Below are positions 60,794 through 64,000 of a DNA stretch of 64,000 nt, one piece after another; positions within the stretch are counted from its first letter, which is position 1; every line of letters begins with the position of its first letter. The DNA is taken from positions 416,001 through 480,000 of the forward strand of contig CBDDCA010000005.1 in assembly GCA_965226055.1 (NCBI GenBank), read 5' to 3'. The notes under the pieces are model-generated. The model ran no database searches. It was not told the DNA's origin and was given only the letters and a program-made list of their open reading frames with translations. The translations under genes and the position numbers were made by a program. Source of the DNA: Spirochaetia bacterium (lineage in GTDB: Bacteria > Spirochaetota > Spirochaetia > WTKD01 > G963693115).

Positions 60794-61657
60794 ATGAAAC
60801 ACACGCATACTGATATCTTTGATATGCTATATATTGATGGTAGCTTACACACAAGTATGAGTCTTCGCTGGGAAAGAAGAGAGCGTATGCCACATACACA
60901 GGATAGTCATGCTTACCACAGTAACTATCGTATACTACAACAGGCAAGCACAACACTTTCCACCTATGATATAAAACAAAGCCGTTCTGAAAAACTTCCT
61001 CTTCTCTGTGATGAGCTTAGGGCACACTGTGAGGGTACATATGAGACATTGCAAGCGGTGTGTGTATGCATAGGGCCTGGTTCATTTACTGGCATACGAT
61101 CTTCTCTTGCTTTTGCAAAGGGGCTCTGTTGTGGAAATGGCATTACTCAACTGATTACTCTTACTTCGTTTGATATTATTGCACAGGCATATTGTTCATA
61201 TCGTCCACTCATTGCTCTCTGCGATGCTCGTGGGCATCGGTATGTAGGGCAAACATTTATACAACATACTGAAACTGAAAGAAAAAAAAATGATACTCAT
61301 AGTGCTTCTTCTATAGATACTACCGATTACATACAAGAGCGGGAGCTGTTAGATATTCATACTTTGCATACAACGATACAGGCGTTACAGCAGTCTTTGC
61401 ACCAGCAAGATCCTATTGTATATATTGCAGGTGAACCTGCAGCATTTCTCCATACACAGCTACACGAGCAGTATAGTCGCTATTATGCAATGAGCTACGA
61501 TACTACCGATACCGCTTCATTATTGCGACTTCCTCATATGCATTGGAATGAGATACAGTGTATGCATGCTATGTCTATTGTTTCATTTCGAAAATTTTTG
61601 CATGAAGATTTTAGCTCTATGGATAGCATTCCACTCTATGGAAAGCACTACATATAA
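60794..61657 (+). CDS. tsaB: t6A biosynthesis protein TsaB (divergent)
   Basis: SEKLP, GPGSFTGIR..AKGL, DAR; adjacent to tsaE. Confidence 0.82.
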   Translation: MKHTHTDIFDMLYIDGSLHTSMSLRWERRERMPHTQDSHAYHSNYRILQQASTTLSTYDIKQSRSEKLPLLCDELRAHCEGTYETLQAVCVCIGPGSFTGIRSSLAFAKGLCCGNGITQLITLTSFDIIAQAYCSYRPLIALCDARGHRYVGQTFIQHTETERKKNDTHSASSIDTTDYIQERELLDIHTLHTTIQALQQSLHQQDPIVYIAGEPAAFLHTQLHEQYSRYYAMSYDTTDTASLLRLPHMHWNEIQCMHAMSIVSFRKFLHEDFSSMDSIPLYGKHYI

Positions 61658-61679
61658 CTATATTGGTAGTGCATATGTA

Positions 61680-61952
61680 TTAAAGGCTATCCTTTGTGTT
61701 TTTATTGATCTTTTTTTGAATTTTTGATCCTAATTGAGATGCGATTGCATTGCCTGTATGTGCTTTTGCTTTCTCAACTGCAACTATATTTTCTGCTTGG
61801 ATATGCTCCCATAACTCCTCACGATACACTTTAACATGAGATGGTGCTTCAATCCCTACTTTTACTCCATCAGAGCGAATATCCACAATTTTTATCTTAA
61901 TGTCGCCATTTATAACTATAACCTCGTCTTTTTTACGAGTCAATATAAGCAT
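61680..61952 (-). CDS. csrA: Carbon storage regulator CsrA
   Basis: MLILTRKKDE.IVI..VKVGIEAP..V.VYREEL...IQAEN, with the C-terminal extension of FliW-regulated CsrA. Confidence 0.95.
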   Translation of the reverse strand: MLILTRKKDEVIVINGDIKIKIVDIRSDGVKVGIEAPSHVKVYREELWEHIQAENIVAVEKAKAHTGNAIASQLGSKIQKKINKNTKDSL

Positions 61953-62100
61953 ACTTATAGTATAGTATAAATTGTATAATAGCATAAATCATAATTTCCA
62001 AAATTATATACAGTAAGCTAACTTTACCAAATATTGAAAAGCAATAATGTAGAATATGACAAAAATTATAAATTGCTATATTTGATCTAACTATAAGAGC

Positions 62101-62331
62101 TTAATAATAAGGGAATAGCAATAAAGAACCTACTACATAAAATACACCAGATATTATGAAAGCAGAACCTAAAAAATAATCTCTTACTCTATCCTTATGA
62201 TTCTCCTCTAAAATTTGCTCAGCACTTAATATTTCATCAGCATTAATTTCTACATTATAGTTGTTTTCAGTAGTAGTACAACTTGATAGTGATACTATCA
62301 ATATCAATAAAAATATCGTTCTAAACTTCAT
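62101..62331 (-). CDS. Small putative lipoprotein with C-terminal TM helix
   Basis: MKFRTIFLLILIVSLSS-C lipobox; hydrophobic FLGSAFIISGVFYVVGSLLLF. Confidence 0.6.
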   Translation of the reverse strand: MKFRTIFLLILIVSLSSCTTTENNYNVEINADEILSAEQILEENHKDRVRDYFLGSAFIISGVFYVVGSLLLFPYY

Positions 62332-62338
62332 ATACTTA

Positions 62339-63280
62339 TTATATATGTTTCTTTGATTGATGGGAGAGGGTGTTTCTTTCCCAGAATACCTTGTCTACAT
62401 ATCCTTGTATTGTATTATCTTGTACGGCATCCAATCTTTTTTGTGATATGCAGGCATAGTGTTCCGCTATATCCACTCCTATATATGTTCTATTCAATTT
62501 TTTTGCTACTACACAGGTAGTGCCTGACCCTACAAAAGGATCAAATACTATATCACCTTCATTACTGCTTGCTAGTATTAGCTTTGCCACGAGCTTCTCA
62601 GGCTTCTGTGTGGGATGCTCTGTATTTTCTGGCATAGACCAATACGGGATAGTGATATCGTCCCAAAAATTTGATGGATATGTATCTCTAAATCTCCCTT
62701 TTTCTGTTTCTTTCCAATCTTTAGGAGTGCCTTTTTCTTTATATGGAGCTATTACTTTTTTTCTTGTTTTTACCTTTTCTACATTAAAAGTAAATTCTTT
62801 TGACATTGTACAGAACCATATATCTTCATGGGCATTTTTCCAGTTACTTTTTGATCCTCTTCCTTTTTCTCTTTGCCATGTTATTCTATTTTGTATATGA
62901 AAATAGGTACGTGCTATTACATGTAAAGAGGAAGATGAGTACCAGTCTCCATGTATATATATACTTGCAGTGTCTTTTAGCATATGAACAATACTTTTAA
63001 GAAGTCTATCAATATACTGTGAGTATGTTTCTATGCTTACTTTCTTAAAGCTAATATTTTCAAACTGTTTATTGAGGTTATACGGAGGATCTAGTATGAG
63101 CAAATCTACACAGTTACTTGGCAAATACTTTGCTATTTCAAATATATCTCCTAGTATAACTTTATTACCTATACTTTCAATAGCTACTTTGTCTTTTATA
63201 TGTGTTACTAATTTCTTGTATAAACAATCCTTCTCATGATCTTCTATTACCAGAGTTTTGTTCCGTTTGCTTCTTTCCAT
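62339..63280 (-). CDS. Beta-class N4-cytosine/N6-adenine DNA methyltransferase, no adjacent nuclease
   Basis: DPPY precedes HPTQKP and DPFVGSGTT. Confidence 0.9.
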   Translation of the reverse strand: MERSKRNKTLVIEDHEKDCLYKKLVTHIKDKVAIESIGNKVILGDIFEIAKYLPSNCVDLLILDPPYNLNKQFENISFKKVSIETYSQYIDRLLKSIVHMLKDTASIYIHGDWYSSSSLHVIARTYFHIQNRITWQREKGRGSKSNWKNAHEDIWFCTMSKEFTFNVEKVKTRKKVIAPYKEKGTPKDWKETEKGRFRDTYPSNFWDDITIPYWSMPENTEHPTQKPEKLVAKLILASSNEGDIVFDPFVGSGTTCVVAKKLNRTYIGVDIAEHYACISQKRLDAVQDNTIQGYVDKVFWERNTLSHQSKKHI

Positions 63281-63345
63281 ATTAGCTACTGCTTACTGTA
63301 TTTTGCTCTCATCACTAAAAGTGATATATCATATGAAATACATTT

Positions 63346-63891
63346 TTACGAAGAAATATCTTCTCCTGTATCTAAGGCATGTTTTGTTCCCCATCCACTG
63401 TTAATACATTGTTTTGCAACATTATTGTTTGGGTTGATAAGAATAGGCCCTAATAAATTACATGTTATGTGTTGTAAATCTTGTTGCAATGTTAATATAG
63501 AATATACTAGCACATGCTCTTTTTCATCTTTGATATGTAACACTTCAAAGTCGTACGATTGCAATGAAAGTGTATAATCTTTTCGTACATCAAAAGGATT
63601 TACAAGATAAAACAATAAATCATGTTCTTCTACTGAACGTAATACTGCAATGGGATTTTCTTTGTATTGTTCAAGAAAAAATTGTTTATACTGATCTAAG
63701 CCAATTAATCCATACGGAAAATCAATGTGAGTAACAGCTTCAATCTTTAGCTCCTCTTCATTCTGCTTTTCTGTAACAGCAGTAGATGTTTCTCTTTCTT
63801 TTACTGCTACAACTTCTCTTGTAGTAGTATCAACTGATGAATGAAAACTATTATTATTTTGTTCTCCTTGTAATGTTTGCATATAGCTCAT
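63346..63891 (-). CDS. fliW: Flagellar assembly factor FliW
   Basis: IDFPYGLIGL, LRS, LVNPF..DY, TCNLLGPILIN; near csrA. Confidence 0.9.
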   Translation of the reverse strand: MSYMQTLQGEQNNNSFHSSVDTTTREVVAVKERETSTAVTEKQNEEELKIEAVTHIDFPYGLIGLDQYKQFFLEQYKENPIAVLRSVEEHDLLFYLVNPFDVRKDYTLSLQSYDFEVLHIKDEKEHVLVYSILTLQQDLQHITCNLLGPILINPNNNVAKQCINSGWGTKHALDTGEDISS

Positions 63892-64000
63892 ATATTCTCC
63901 TTTTCTTTATATATCAAAATATTTTTATTACTAATATGTTTTTTTCTCATTGTTGCATGTCCTTATTCATTAACAATTATCGTAGATAATTTAATAATGA

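Overview
AT-rich spirochaete chromosomal segment, identified by two FlaB-type flagellins, two FlaA sheath proteins, FliD, FliW/CsrA, a spirochaete-type EF-Tu and Borrelia/Treponema-like gene order. The core content is the str-S10-spc-alpha ribosomal superoperon (rpsL to rplQ, without fusA, rpsD, adk or infA), rpmF-acpP-rnc, rpmG-rpmB, efp, ribA, an RND pump, bioY, thiN, cca, tatD, ppdK, rnhA and tsaE/tsaB. The accessory content is a family of giant modular surface lipoproteins: one partial at the left edge, one made of 17 FnIII-like repeats, and one of 2558 aa ending in a BspA/DUF285 domain. The 2558-aa gene has a G15 tract in its signal peptide and a T17 tract beside a perfect sigma70 promoter, a candidate two-level phase-variation switch. 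Other unusual items are a polytopic membrane protein fused to an apparently inactivated Mrr-like nuclease domain, a small-protein/DUF2335 two-gene cassette, a Bdr-like repeat protein, an hsdS remnant, an orphan DNA methyltransferase inserted between fliW and csrA, a dispersed TTTTACCATCT repeat, a structured rpsG-tuf spacer, and six genes with a -10 box exactly 6 nt before the ATG (probable leaderless mRNAs). No rRNA, tRNA, CRISPR array or intact transposase was seen. All assignments are by eye, without database searches.
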